A DNA stretch of 64,000 bases. It comes from Amphiscolops sp. MND2022 (taxonomy: Eukaryota). The position numbers and the translations under genes were made by a program. Where the stretch lies: NCBI GenBank assembly GCA_964187785.1, contig OZ076409.1:58344001-58408000 (forward strand), in the 5' to 3' direction. Under the pieces are notes generated by a model. That model ran no database searches. It saw only the letters and a list, made by a program, of their open reading frames with translations, and was not told the DNA's origin. Numbering within the stretch: the first letter of the stretch is position 1; each line of letters begins with the position of its first letter. This document shows positions 62,776 to 64,000 of this stretch, piece after piece.

Positions 62776-64000
62776 TTCGGAGGAGTTCTACCGAATGAGT
62801 CGAGTTGTTTTTAGTCTTTGTTAATTTATAGTCGCTTTAACTGATGTCTAAAATGCCTACTTTAACGTTTTTTTTAATTGGATGTTACACTAGTTCATCA
62901 TTATTGTAGATAAATATCCAGCAGAGCTATGGATGCTTTGATTAACCCAACCCCATCTAACTAATTATATATGTGTAACCTTGATCCCACGATTCAGCCA
63001 ACGATAATACCGTTAAGTTTATTCGGGAGAATAAAAGTCCAGAAGGGAAGAGTGTGGAAAATTTAGTTTTTGGCGTCTACAAAAATGCATCGCGTTTGCG
63101 CGAAGTACAGATGATAGATTGAACTGTGTTAACCACGTTTTCAGACCGCCGGAACAGTGAAAACAGCTGAACAGGCTGACAATAGCATGCTTCAATGTGG
63201 CTTATTTGGCAAACTAGGTTTACTTAGTAAACGAAACTTCTTAGGCAAAATTAACGAGCTAGTGAGTGACGTCAGTGATGAAGTAATTCCAATCAACTAA
63301 GTCAGAGTTGAATCTCTGAGAGCGAATTTTGCTAAGTCCTGCTTAAGAGCAAAAAGATTCTAAGATACACTATGAAAAACCAAACATCACAAATCTTTAA
63401 AACCCCCCCCCCCAAACGGTTTTTCTCAAAGACTATTTATCGTAGGGACTTGAAATTTGGCACACGTATACCTGAGCTGTTATGCTACTGATCCATAAAA
63501 ACGGAACCGAGCCGAAGCCCCCCAGCCCCGTGCTATTAGCACCGGAAGTGACCTAGGTCGACCCCCTCACGAACTCATCGGCCAAGCACGGAATAAGTCA
63601 TGTAATACATGGAATCAATAGCCCATAGGATAAGAGGCCGTTTGCGCATATTTTTGGAACCCTATGACGCGTGTAGGAGGAGTACGGACCCTCAGTAAAT
63701 AAACCTCGAATGTTATGTAAATAGCCAACGGATGACCGGAAGATCATGAAACTTGCCCAAGATGATCAGCTAGCAACTCTAAGTAAAATACATGAAAGAT
63801 ACATTAATCGACTCACCACGCAGGGAATAATGTTTGTTTAAGGCACGCAGGACCGGACGCGCGGGCCCGACCGATAAAAGACATTTGACCTTGGCTCGTA
63901 ATACCTCAAACGAACCGGAACGATGAATGTAGTCGATTACTAACAAGAATGGAAACGTATTTGTAACCCATGCGGGGGTAGCCGCCCTAAGTAAACAAAC

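Larger units (their letters stand above)
57097..64000 (+). mobile_element. Gypsy-type LTR element with ~1.9-kb LTRs, intact gag and no recognisable pol; 3' LTR runs off the window
   Basis: 5' LTR 57097-59003 has inverted ends tgtggaaaattt...aaattttctaca. PBS tggcgctcctgggtggg (tRNA-Asn-like); PPT agaagggaagag at 63041-63052. The 3' LTR starts at 63053 and is nearly identical to the 5' LTR. Confidence 0.92.

Overview
AT-rich, repeat-dense animal nuclear DNA (GT-AG introns; the repeat landscape resembles an acoel/flatworm-type genome, which is inference only). Two host genes can be rebuilt by hand with consistent intron phases. One is the 3' part of an EF-hand protein gene resembling C1orf87 (exons 81-3108, +). 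The other is the first six exons of an NAD-dependent glycerol-3-phosphate dehydrogenase (GPD1 family, 31656 to beyond 54904, +), in which the normally invariant GGRN motif reads GGQP. The rest is mostly transposable elements: a degenerate Copia with ~95-bp LTRs, a recent internal duplication and foreign cargo (6254-15591); three degenerate Mag-like Ty3/Gypsy elements (one with a triplicated protease); an RT-deleted BEL/Pao with TG...TA LTRs; a MULE remnant; many Helentron/DINE-1-like non-autonomous elements; and a pol-less LTR element with ~1.9-kb LTRs. That last element has an intact gag ending in a TTTAAAC -1 frameshift signal that leads into unrecognised ORFs. No rRNA, complete tRNA or CRISPR array was seen. 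All coordinates and mismatch counts were read by eye.
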